From the NCBI GenBank assembly GCA_016199805.1, contig JACQGC010000018.1:5219-69218 (forward strand): a stretch of 64,000 bases of DNA, given 5' to 3'. The notes beneath the pieces are model-generated. The model was not told where the DNA came from and did not search any database. It worked only from the letters and a program-made list of their open reading frames with translations. This document shows, in pieces, positions 19,906-28,111 of the stretch (the stretch's first letter is position 1; each line of letters starts with the position of its first letter). A program made the position numbers and the translations under genes. The stretch comes from Candidatus Nomurabacteria bacterium. Its GTDB lineage: Bacteria; Patescibacteriota; Minisyncoccia; Phycocordibacterales; UBA9973.

Positions 19906-19988
19906 ATTCCCCTCGTTGAGGGGTGGCGCTTGCGCCGGGGTGGAAATGCATCCACCTCCCCCTAAAGGGTACTCCTCAAGAGGAGAAT
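19906..19988. repeat. Gene-less doublet of the DUF559-flanking repeat
   Basis: 19906-19944 is nearly identical to 17612-17649 and is followed by an inverted, left-type copy. Confidence 0.8.
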
Positions 19989-20003
19989 AAAACAACAAAG
20001 AGT

Positions 20004-21491
20004 ATGGAAGAAGAAAATAAGGGTTCAAATTTGCGTTGGTGGATACTTTTGACCGTTATCATCGGGACTTTTTTGGGGCGTCTGGACGAGACCATTGTAA
20101 ACTTAGCCCTCCCAAAAATCATAAACGATTTTGGCATTACTGTTTCCGCGGCGAGTTGGATAGCGACTGCGTATATCTTGGCCAATACCGCTTTTGTTCC
20201 GATATGGGGTAAACTCGGAGACACTATCGGCCGGAAAAAAGTCTATCTTTGGGGTTTTAGTATTTTTATTTTTGGCTCAATTTTGGCGGGGCTATCATGG
20301 AACCTTCCATCTATGATTACTTTTCGTATCATCCAGTCCATCGCTAGCAGTGCGGACTATCCGACGGCTATGGCCATCTTGGCTGTCACCTTCAGACATG
20401 GCAAGGAGCGCGCGCAGGCACTCGGCATCTGGTCTTCTTCTTTCGCCGCGGCGATAGTTTTCGGCCCATTATTGGGAGGGCCACTTATCGACAATTTCGG
20501 CTGGCGCTCTGTTTTTATGATTAATATCCCAATCGGAATTTTGGGAATGTTTATGGCCGTAAGTTTCATAAATGAATCTCGTTCCGAAGTAAAAACCAGA
20601 TTCTTTGACTGGTGGGGTGCCATCACTTTGGGCGGAATGCTTTCCGCTTTGGTTTTGGTTTTGGACCAAGCTTCCATCTGGGGCTGGATGTCATTAAATA
20701 GCTCATTGTGCTATTTGGCCATTTTGGTTCTGCTCGGAGTATTTCTACGGATTGAGCAAAAAGTTCCAGAACCGATTGTGGATTTGAAATTCTTCAAAAT
20801 CCCGGCTTTTGTCAACGTGCTGGTAAACAATTTTATAGTTTTCATGGGTATGATGGGCGGTGTCTTTTTGATACCTATTTTCGCCCAAACTTTTCTCGGG
20901 TTCAACGCGACCCAATCCGGCTACCTATTTATTCCCATGGCAGCATCGTTGATGCTTGCTGCCCCTATCGGCGGGAGACTGATTGGAAAAGTGCAATCTC
21001 GGTTTATAATTTTTGCCAGTACCCTGACCGCCGCTCTCGGCATTTTTCTCTTGACCGGACTTGATCCAAAATCAGGAGCTTTAGCCATCGCCATACCGCT
21101 TTCTATCATGGCCTTTGGTATGGGTTTCGGTATGGCTCAACGCACCAATATTGTGGCCTCTGTGGTGCCGCAAAGCGAGATAGGCATCGCTTCATCCATT
21201 TTAGCATTGGTCCGGAACATAGCCGGCGCATTTGGAATCGCTATTTTTGCCACTATTGTAACCGCTAGAACCAAAACAAATGTTTCAATCATCAACAGTT
21301 TTAGTAGACTAAACAGCCATATACCACTTAATATAAAAACATTCATAGGTTTGATTGAGTTAAAAGCCCAAGTGTCGGCTTATGATTATGTTTTTTTGAC
21401 CGCAGCGCTCATAGTTTTTTTCGGCTCCTTTACCATTTTGTTTCTAAAACTAAAAAGCGAACGCACTGATATCAAAGTGCACGTGGAGTAG
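20004..21491 (+). CDS. DHA2 (EmrB/QacA) family MFS efflux transporter
   Basis: LD.TIVNLALP, G.LGD..GRK, GP.LGG, WRSVF.IN.PIG; about 14 TM. Confidence 0.92.
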   Translation: MEEENKGSNLRWWILLTVIIGTFLGRLDETIVNLALPKIINDFGITVSAASWIATAYILANTAFVPIWGKLGDTIGRKKVYLWGFSIFIFGSILAGLSWNLPSMITFRIIQSIASSADYPTAMAILAVTFRHGKERAQALGIWSSSFAAAIVFGPLLGGPLIDNFGWRSVFMINIPIGILGMFMAVSFINESRSEVKTRFFDWWGAITLGGMLSALVLVLDQASIWGWMSLNSSLCYLAILVLLGVFLRIEQKVPEPIVDLKFFKIPAFVNVLVNNFIVFMGMMGGVFLIPIFAQTFLGFNATQSGYLFIPMAASLMLAAPIGGRLIGKVQSRFIIFASTLTAALGIFLLTGLDPKSGALAIAIPLSIMAFGMGFGMAQRTNIVASVVPQSEIGIASSILALVRNIAGAFGIAIFATIVTARTKTNVSIINSFSRLNSHIPLNIKTFIGLIELKAQVSAYDYVFLTAALIVFFGSFTILFLKLKSERTDIKVHVE

Positions 21492-22112
21492 TTAGTTTTT
21501 TCGCGTTCGCTTTTTATACAGCAAGACTTGGATAAGGTTTACGCCGACACCGAGGGCGAAAACTATCACCCCGGCCTTGAGGAAAAAAGACAGGTTGTTT
21601 TGCCATTCGTTGCCCAAATAGAAACCTGTCATGCCATACATGATGGTATAAGCTATCTCTCCGAACAAGGCAAAAGTAAAAAAAGTTTTGAAAGACACTT
21701 TGGAAATACCAGCCATGATGTTGGTAGCCGGGGAGAGTTCGGTTAGAAACCGGCTGAAAAATATCAGCGAGGGGGCAAAGTCCACGATATAATCTTCAAC
21801 TTCATGAAAAGATTTTGAATGCAAAATATGCCGGAAGAAAACAAATCTGCCCAATACTTTCTCCCCGTATTTTTTTGCCAAAATGTATCCGATTATGTTT
21901 CCGGTCATGCTGCCTAAAAGCGTTATCCCGAGCACCAGGTAAATATTAAAATAGCCCTGAGAAGCAAACCCTCCGGCGGCGGCCAGCACCGTGCTGGCGG
22001 GTATGGGCAGGGCTATGGACGAAAGCAGGGCGACTATAAACAATCCCACGTATTTATAAAGAAGCAAAAAAGAAATTAGGTATTGAAACAAAGGATATAA
22101 AAATGTGGTCAT
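21492..22112 (-). CDS. DedA/VTT family membrane protein
   Basis: P.P...L.AAG, G..IGY.L...YG, FSRF, AG. Confidence 0.85.
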   Translation of the reverse strand: MTTFLYPLFQYLISFLLLYKYVGLFIVALLSSIALPIPASTVLAAAGGFASQGYFNIYLVLGITLLGSMTGNIIGYILAKKYGEKVLGRFVFFRHILHSKSFHEVEDYIVDFAPSLIFFSRFLTELSPATNIMAGISKVSFKTFFTFALFGEIAYTIMYGMTGFYLGNEWQNNLSFFLKAGVIVFALGVGVNLIQVLLYKKRTRKN

Positions 22113-22181
22113 GCTTTAGTGGTCATTGTACCAAATAGAGCCTTTATATTCCAGAGAAAATATGCTAAGTTTAAGTAATAT

Positions 22182-22252
22182 TACGGGATCTGCTAATGGT
22201 AGGCAAACGCTCTCTGAAAGCGTGAATCTTGGTTCGAATCCAAGTCCCGTAG
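22182..22252 (+). tRNA. tRNA-Gln(CTG)
   Basis: TACGGGA/TCCCGTA, ACGCT-CTCTGAA-AGCGT, GGTTCGAATCC. Confidence 0.93.
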
Positions 22253-22630
22253 CACTTCGGCAAGCTCAGTGTAAACGAAAATATTTACATGGAAAAACAT
22301 TACGTATACATGCTTCTTTGCGACCAGAAAACTTTTTATATCGGTATTACTTTTGATATTCAGAAAAGGTTAGAAGAACACAAATCCAAGGAATCTTTTT
22401 TTACAAAAAAGTTTTCTGAAGTTAAACTTGTATATTGTGAGAAATATAAAAATAAAAACGAGGCTGCAAAAAGAGAACGACAATTAAAGGGTTGGAGTCG
22501 CAAAAAGAAGCAAATGTTGCTTAATGGAAAAATCGGAATAAACTGCATTGAGCTGGATGAAGTGCTGTAGTATAATTGAGATGAGACGTTTGCCTTGAGC
22601 TTGCCGAAAGGAATCCAAGTCCCGTAGCCA
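22236..22630. mobile_element. GIY-YIG mini-element at the tRNA-Gln 3' end: 18-bp direct repeat plus ~23-bp terminal inverted repeats
   Basis: gaatccaagtcccgtagc at 22236-22253 and 22611-22628; cttcggcaagctcag..aaacg (22255-22277) versus cgttt..tgagcttgccgaaag (22587-22610). Confidence 0.8.
22289..22570 (+). CDS. GIY-YIG nuclease (YhbQ/UPF0213-like)
   Basis: YVYML.C....FYIG.T....RL..H, A.KRE.QLKGWSR.KK. Confidence 0.92.
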   Translation: MEKHYVYMLLCDQKTFYIGITFDIQKRLEEHKSKESFFTKKFSEVKLVYCEKYKNKNEAAKRERQLKGWSRKKKQMLLNGKIGINCIELDEVL

Positions 22631-22686
22631 GCAGCAAACTTAGCATATTTTTTGTGGAATTAGAAGCGTTGTGCTATTATGGGGGT

Positions 22687-23040
22687 ATGGGAACAGGAAA
22701 TTTTGGTCACCCTCCCGAGGGTGCGTTTATAATAGACAAGAAAAAGGCGGAATTTAAGAAACTGCTGTCTTCCTTGACTTCTTTGCTGGAAAAACTTTCC
22801 TTTGGACAAAGGCAAAAATTCATTGCCGAAGTCTCCCGTTTGAGCGAACAGCTTTTACATACTGACCCGGAACTCTTATTGGAAGAGGTAAACATTTTAG
22901 CCCAGCTTTATGGGGGCTTGTCCACATCTCTGAAAGGGGAAGCAAACAGAGAGATTATCAGCGCCGCCACGTTTCAGCTCGGAGAGATTTCTGCCGCCGC
23001 GCAAGAACTGCAAAAAATAAAACCGGGTGCAAGAGCTTAA
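22687..23040 (+). CDS. Hypothetical helical protein
   Basis: ORF preceded by TGnTATTAT and followed by a hairpin. Confidence 0.55.
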   Translation: MGTGNFGHPPEGAFIIDKKKAEFKKLLSSLTSLLEKLSFGQRQKFIAEVSRLSEQLLHTDPELLLEEVNILAQLYGGLSTSLKGEANREIISAATFQLGEISAAAQELQKIKPGARA

Positions 23041-23065
23041 TAATAAATAAAAATAAATTAGAATT

Positions 23066-23102
23066 GCCCCGCGTTCAGCTGAACGCGGGGCTGTTTCTTT
23101 CT
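23066..23102 (+). terminator. Intrinsic terminator
   Basis: Perfect palindrome gccccgcgttcagctgaacgcggggc followed by tgtttcttt. Confidence 0.7.
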
Positions 23103-23137
23103 CCTTGTCAAAAACCCCCAAAGATGTACTATTAAAG

Positions 23138-23239
23138 CAGTCCAGAGGAAGAACGCTTTGAGTTGACCTGGGGTGTGACAGCCCCGGCTGGCGACCCGGG
23201 CTGTCCTCCCGCACGGCCTCGCGCTTCTCCTCTGGACTG
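23138..23239 (+). ncRNA. Candidate rod-shaped ncRNA
   Basis: TTGTCA-16-TACTAT promoter; cagtccagagg/cctctggactg closing helix; gacagccc/gggctgtc inner helix; terminator at 23272-23309. Confidence 0.6.
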
Positions 23240-23388
23240 AGAATTGTTTTTGTCTTGTCCTATCGTTTTTTACCCGAGCTTCCTTCACTGGCGCTCGGGT
23301 TTGTTTTTTATATGGGCTATTGCCATTTCAATTTTTTTATATATACTAAAGTAAATGTAGTTTAGGTTCCTTTGTAAAGGAGTACCAC

Positions 23389-23556
23389 GTGGTAAACATA
23401 CAAACCGTTTTCTGTCCTAACTGCCAACTTAGGACAAACGTTCAATTCCCCAATTGCGTACATTGCGGGAAGAGTCTTGTTGTTTCGACCAAACAAAGCC
23501 AACCCGTCGCCACCGCTGCCCGCCCGCGGCAATGGCCAACGGTAGCCGTTCACTAG
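23389..23556 (+). CDS. 55-aa zinc-ribbon small protein (not in ORF track)
   Basis: AAAGGAG then GTG; MVNIQTVFCPNCQLRTNVQFPNCVHCGKSL...; terminator at about 23585-23616. Confidence 0.75.
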   Translation: MVNIQTVFCPNCQLRTNVQFPNCVHCGKSLVVSTKQSQPVATAARPRQWPTVAVH

Positions 23557-23676
23557 GTTCTGCATTTCCGCCGAAAGGCATCGTAAAGGGCAGGCTCGCC
23601 AAGCTTGCCCTTTTTCATTGCTTGCAATGTGCTAAAAAGGAGTATAATTAAATTATTAATAACCTATTAAAAATAT

Positions 23677-23916
23677 ATGAATCAAAACAAAAATTGTGAG
23701 AGTTGTATGATGCCTTTGGCAAAGGACCCTATGGTTAGTGGGAGTGACAAGTATTGCAGTTATTGTTTCCAGGGTGGCCGGTTGGTTTACGAGGGGAATG
23801 ACGTGAATGAATTTAAAAAAGCCAGTTATGAGAAGATGGTAGCAAGCGGCATGAACAAACTGAAAGCCAAATTTTTCGTTTGGATGATTGGCTTCGCGCC
23901 CCGCTGGAAGAAGTAA
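23677..23916 (+). CDS. Zinc ribbon (Zn_ribbon_2-like) protein
   Basis: CESCMMP...YCSYCFQ.G...PRWK. Confidence 0.8.
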   Translation: MNQNKNCESCMMPLAKDPMVSGSDKYCSYCFQGGRLVYEGNDVNEFKKASYEKMVASGMNKLKAKFFVWMIGFAPRWKK

Positions 23917-23938
23917 AATAAGTGGTATACTTAAACAT

Positions 23939-24484
23939 ATGAAAATAGAATCAGAATGGAAAAAAGTACCAAAACCTAGATTAGAAAAGACGTATCCAAA
24001 ATCTCCGGAAGATAGCAAAAAGCTATATGATATGAATGTTGCCTTGCTCAATTATTTGGAGCGTTATTCCGGTGATGCTGATATGCAGTTTATAAAAGAA
24101 GATTTTGAAAGATCCGAAGAATTTGGAGAAAAAATCTCTGTCTTAAAGGACGCATTGTCGGTTTTTGAAAAGGAAACAGTGGATCAAGTCAAGGCAAGTT
24201 GTCGGGCACAAATTGACGAACTCTCTGCCGCTTGGCTCAATAAAAAAAATGGAGAAGAGGTTGTGCGTCTGATAGATATCAGACTAGGTAATATTTCTGG
24301 GGATTTTGGAGTTGATATTAAAAAAGAGGCTGATAATTTCATAGCTATGTTGCGCAAAAAGCCCGAGCTTTGGGCTTTTTGTAATCTTTTGATTGTCGGG
24401 GCTCAAGTAAAAAAAGATTTAACATATTTTAGAAAAGTTACAGAAACAGCTATAGCAAGTAATTCTGGTAATACAGTTCAGTAA
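23939..24484 (+). CDS. Hypothetical protein
   Basis: Long ORF; TGnTATACT 7 nt before the ATG. Confidence 0.55.
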   Translation: MKIESEWKKVPKPRLEKTYPKSPEDSKKLYDMNVALLNYLERYSGDADMQFIKEDFERSEEFGEKISVLKDALSVFEKETVDQVKASCRAQIDELSAAWLNKKNGEEVVRLIDIRLGNISGDFGVDIKKEADNFIAMLRKKPELWAFCNLLIVGAQVKKDLTYFRKVTETAIASNSGNTVQ

Positions 24485-24489
24485 AATTT

Positions 24490-24699
24490 ATGTATCTTGT
24501 TTACATTTTGGAATGCGCCGACAAGACTTTGTATGTGGGTTGCACAAACAACCTGGAGAAAAGATTAAATCAGCACAATAATCATAAATCCGGAGCCCAT
24601 TACACCAAAATCCGCCGCCCGGTGGTTTTGAAATATTTTGAGAAATATAGAACTCTAAAAAGGGGACGAGCTCGGGAACGGAAAGAAGTAAAAATTTAA
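24490..24699 (+). pseudogene. GIY-YIG nuclease, C-terminally truncated
   Basis: [20 protein letters not shown]...H....GA.YT..RRPV; the final IK.L.R..K helix is missing. Confidence 0.75.
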
Positions 24700-24700
24700 A

Positions 24701-24725
24701 TTTCGCGAGGACCGTCCTCGCGAAA
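24701..24725. repeat. REP-like palindrome
   Basis: tttcgcgaggac-c-gtcctcgcgaaa directly after the GIY-YIG remnant. Confidence 0.65.
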
Positions 24726-24803
24726 CTCGATTTATATTTGATTGATATCTTTTCCTTTTAGGTATAGAGTGAATTTGAAGCGGAGTTCCGATAAGGGGGA
24801 AAA

Positions 24804-25100
24804 ATGAATAGCCACAGGATCTTGTGCAAATGTGAGTGTGGTAATTACGTACAACCGTTCTCTTTGCGGGTTACAGACCAGAAGTCTTTGATGGTCATCG
24901 GAAAATGCATTGCTTGTGAGTCGCTGGTCAATGTGTTCTTCCCGCTAGATTACCTCGAGGAGTCTTGTCCGGCTCCGGCCCCGACTCTGTTAATTGAGGA
25001 AGGAAAGCCCATGCCGGGGAAACCCTTCCATTTCACGGTGGAAGATGTAAGGATGTTGCGCTCGGGGAAAATTGACCCAGAAGAGGAAGGAGAAGGATGA
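24804..25100 (+). CDS. Cys-rich orphan (CxCxC...CxxC), SD-led
   Basis: AAGGGGG RBS; downstream GC hairpin at about 25131-25159. Confidence 0.65.
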   Translation: MNSHRILCKCECGNYVQPFSLRVTDQKSLMVIGKCIACESLVNVFFPLDYLEESCPAPAPTLLIEEGKPMPGKPFHFTVEDVRMLRSGKIDPEEEGEG

Positions 25101-25242
25101 GTCCTCGGGCTTTTCAAGAAGAAGGGTACTAGGGGAGGCGAGCTTCGGCTTACCTCCCCATTTAAATTATAAATTTGCAAAAAATACTACTGCTCTTGTA
25201 ATTTTCTATAAATATGTTACAGTGTTTTTGAAAGGAGCACAT

Positions 25243-25473
25243 ATGCAGAACCGAGTTATTATGGTTTCTTCGGTCAACTTGCCCGACGAAGCCGCACAGC
25301 AGATGAACGACGAAATCAAAAAGTTGGGAGAAGGCTGGAGCGTGGTTGATATCAGCACCAACGTCGAAGTATTTGGTGTTGTTGTGGACGGCATAAACAT
25401 ACCGCCCTTACACCACGCTGTATACGCCATAACCGTCGCGTTACAGAAGCCGGACTTTGAAGAGGTCGACTGA
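25243..25473 (+). CDS. 76-aa orphan, SD-led
   Basis: AAAGGAG-cacat-ATG; MQNRVIMVSS...GEGWSVV. Confidence 0.65.
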   Translation: MQNRVIMVSSVNLPDEAAQQMNDEIKKLGEGWSVVDISTNVEVFGVVVDGINIPPLHHAVYAITVALQKPDFEEVD

Positions 25474-25567
25474 CATATCGTGGCGGCGAGGACTAAAATC
25501 GGTTTCATCGGGTCGGGCGTCCGCAAGGACGTCCGGCCTTTCACTTTAAATTTAATACAAACTTTTA

Positions 25568-25606
25568 CTGGCGGTGCTCCTCGAGGGGGCGACCGCCAGT
25601 TTTTTT
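25568..25606. terminator. Terminator hairpin between convergent orphans
   Basis: actggcggt...accgccagt followed by a T tract. Confidence 0.65.
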
Positions 25607-25618
25607 GACCTTATGACT

Positions 25619-25765
25619 TTAAAACGGAACCCATTCAGCCAGCTGGTCGTAGGCGACCCAGCCTCCCCAGAAAATTACCACAAGCATTAACAATGCTATC
25701 ACCGCCAACGTTTTCTTGCTCTTTGCCAAGACAACGTTTCCCAAACTCTCCAAGAAATAGGACAT
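25619..25765 (-). CDS. 48-aa single-TM peptide (not in ORF track)
   Basis: TTGACT-17-TAGTAT promoter, GGAGG RBS, MSYFLESLGNVVLAKSKKTLAVIALLMLVVIFWGGWVAYDQLAEWVPF*. Confidence 0.7.
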   Translation of the reverse strand: MSYFLESLGNVVLAKSKKTLAVIALLMLVVIFWGGWVAYDQLAEWVPF

Positions 25766-25837
25766 GGAGCCTCCAAATAATATACTATGCTCAAAAAGAT
25801 TTTAGTCAAATTAAAAAATAGGGAGTATAATAATAGT

Positions 25838-26137
25838 ATGAATTACATACAAAAATATAAGGAATATTTACAAGATAACCCGGAGGGTTATTGGTTCAAG
25901 AGGAAACTTTACGGCTGGGGATGGACGCCGGCCAAATGGGAAGGGTGGATGGTGATTTTTATATTTTTACTTTTGATTTTATTGGTTGCCTGGAGCCTGG
26001 GCTCAAATCCTATGCCGACAGATTGGGATATTGATTTATATTTTACAAAAATTATTTTGCTGGTGGCTCTGCTCATTCTAGTCTGCTACAAAAAAGGCGA
26101 GAAGCCAAAATGGCAGTGGGGCAAGAGAAAAGAGTAA
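25838..26137 (+). CDS. Small membrane protein (WFKRKxYGWGWTP family)
   Basis: Conserved-looking motif, 2 TM, GE.P.WQWG. Confidence 0.75.
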   Translation: MNYIQKYKEYLQDNPEGYWFKRKLYGWGWTPAKWEGWMVIFIFLLLILLVAWSLGSNPMPTDWDIDLYFTKIILLVALLILVCYKKGEKPKWQWGKRKE

Positions 26138-26150
26138 GAATAAGAAATAA

Positions 26151-26624
26151 ATGGAAAAAGATTACATTTTCAAAACCAATCCGCAAAAGTCGGCCAACAA
26201 GGTCACTATCAATAGTTTTATGATGGGTTCTTTGTTTTTCGTTTTGACTCTCATCATCACCCTCGGCTCAAGCGAATTTTCGCATGCCATAATCTTCCAG
26301 CTGTTCTTGGCAGTGCCCTTGCTTTATGTTTCCAGCTTGGCTTATTCCAAAATCGGCTACTGGAAAGAAACTTATGAGTGGGATGCTTTGGGGTGGTTTA
26401 CAAACACTCTTGGCAACCTGTTTGTCATCAACGCCATCGGCTTGCTCGCGCTAAAATTCAGCTTAGGTTTGTCTCAGATTTACTTTGCTTTGTTCTCTTT
26501 CCTGATGGTCATTTACACCCTTATTAATATCCGGCAAAACAAAAAAATATTTTACGAAAAAATGTTCAAGTTAATTTTTCTCTTGTTGGTCGTGTTCCTC
26601 GGGGGAATTTTGTTTATAATGTAA
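26151..26624 (+). CDS. Membrane protein, about 5 TM
   Basis: Hydrophobic ORF. Confidence 0.65.
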   Translation: MEKDYIFKTNPQKSANKVTINSFMMGSLFFVLTLIITLGSSEFSHAIIFQLFLAVPLLYVSSLAYSKIGYWKETYEWDALGWFTNTLGNLFVINAIGLLALKFSLGLSQIYFALFSFLMVIYTLINIRQNKKIFYEKMFKLIFLLLVVFLGGILFIM

Positions 26625-26635
26625 ATATAATTTCG

Positions 26636-26683
26636 GCCGAGCTTTAATGGACGATTGCGCGGCATGATTTCGCAAAATCAAAT
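26636..26683 (+). repeat. 48-nt two-hairpin leader motif, copy 1
   Basis: 46/48 identical to 35803-35850. Confidence 0.85.
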
Positions 26684-26984
26684 GCAAAACATCAAAAAAC
26701 CATTTTTACACGCTTTCGCCGCAGCTTTATATATTGTGTTTATTGTTTTCGCTATAAGCACCATAGGTTCTAAGATACCGCAGGATAAAGCCATTCTTAC
26801 GCCCATGGTTGTCTTGAGTTTATTTGTCTTGTCCGCAGCCGTCATGGGATATTTGTTTGTCTCGCAACCACTTATGCTCTATATGGAGAATAAAAAACAA
26901 GAAGCTATGGCTTTCTTTGGCAAAACCGTGATTATCTTCGCCTGCTTCGTGGCTCTCTTTGTGATTTTACTTTTCATTTTTTAA
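26682..26984 (+). CDS. Small 3-TM protein
   Basis: L.LFVLSAAVMGYL...P. Confidence 0.7.
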   Translation: MQNIKKPFLHAFAAALYIVFIVFAISTIGSKIPQDKAILTPMVVLSLFVLSAAVMGYLFVSQPLMLYMENKKQEAMAFFGKTVIIFACFVALFVILLFIF

Positions 26985-27031
26985 ACTTTACAAATACGCA
27001 ATAGTGTATAGAATGTTTTTTGGGGGTGCAA

Positions 27032-27313
27032 ATGACAAAAGAAAGGGTACCAACGGTTAAGTTCTACCGGGCTACTGGGGCAGATGTTTTCGAGCCGGAA
27101 GACCAGCCCGGAAACTATTTTGTTCCGCGACGCTTGCAGCTTGGCGATGAAATGGCCGCTCTGCGTGTGAAGAAGGATGGGCGGGAGTGGGTTCCGTTTG
27201 AGTGCCTGCCAGACCACGGGGTCCGCCCACCCCTTCGGGCTGAATTGACTTTTTTCCTCCGGCACGAGCCCGGACGGATTGTCGGAAAGATTGCCAGACG
27301 GAGCTTGGCGTGA
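27032..27313 (+). CDS. GC-rich orphan, SD-led
   Basis: GGGGGTG RBS; downstream hairpin. Confidence 0.55.
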   Translation: MTKERVPTVKFYRATGADVFEPEDQPGNYFVPRRLQLGDEMAALRVKKDGREWVPFECLPDHGVRPPLRAELTFFLRHEPGRIVGKIARRSLA

Positions 27314-27403
27314 CCCAAGCTTGGCGGGTGGCCGATTCCACCCACAAAAAACACAAGTCGTTAAGATTTCCTATGGAAAAACACTGGCGGCTTTTTATAT
27401 TTT

Positions 27404-27421
27404 TTCATAATGTATTCATAA
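27404..27421 (+). promoter_or_regulatory. TTCATAA-N4-TTCATAA direct repeat (OmpR/PhoB-type box)
   Basis: 11-bp periodicity; also at 28015-28032 and 29056-29073, degenerate at 46111-46139. Confidence 0.6.
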
Positions 27422-27466
27422 TTTAATTATATTGTTCTCGTGGACGTTCTACAAAAGGAGAGAAAA

Positions 27467-27970
27467 ATGTCCACACTGATGTTGGAGTTTATGGTTCGGG
27501 AATCGCGCGGGATTATAGATCTTTTCGGGTTTTTCCCGGGGAAAAGAGTAAAGATTGACAAGGCCTTCCATGAGCTGGCTTTGGGCGAGAATGGTGACCC
27601 CGACTATTCTTGTGGCGAATTGAAATGTCGTTTGTTCGAGGGCAGTACCGATGATATTCAAATGGCTGCGCTGTTCGGCGCCCCAAAGGTGGCGAACTCC
27701 AGCCGTTTGTGTTCAATTCTCAGGTACCTCGGCAACGAAGGGGAGTCGTTGTTGGATATACCGGCGGGGGCAGACAGGAAAGTTGTTATCGTGGGGTATC
27801 TCTACAACCGCGATTGGCAACCCAGCCGGGTGATTTTCGTGGAGCATGAGTTTCAGCAACGCGTAGAGCAATTTTGCCTGCGTGTCCGGACGCTCTCAAA
27901 GGGTGAGTGGCAGCTAAACAAAAACAAATGGAGGGCCGAGAATCCTCCGGCAGTACTGGTCGCCGAGTAG
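27467..27970 (+). CDS. Orphan, SD-led
   Basis: AAAAGGAG RBS; terminator cagtcccgccggt..accggcgggactg at 27980-28009. Confidence 0.7.
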   Translation: MSTLMLEFMVRESRGIIDLFGFFPGKRVKIDKAFHELALGENGDPDYSCGELKCRLFEGSTDDIQMAALFGAPKVANSSRLCSILRYLGNEGESLLDIPAGADRKVVIVGYLYNRDWQPSRVIFVEHEFQQRVEQFCLRVRTLSKGEWQLNKNKWRAENPPAVLVAE

Positions 27971-28111
27971 AAATCTTTACAGTCCCGCCGGTCACTACCG
28001 GCGGGACTGGTTTGTTCACAATGTATTCATAATCTAACGATATTATTTCAAAGTCGGAAATTATAAATTTTAATTCGCAACCCAGTAGGTGATTCTACTG
28101 AATCAAATAAT

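Noticed and set aside
23138-23239. SRP RNA or tRNA
   Set aside because: No helix-8 CAGG/AGCA motif with tetraloop, and no cloverleaf.
22182-28010. Prophage or integrase island at tRNA-Gln
   Set aside because: The tRNA duplication encloses only 357 bp; no integrase or phage hallmark genes follow.
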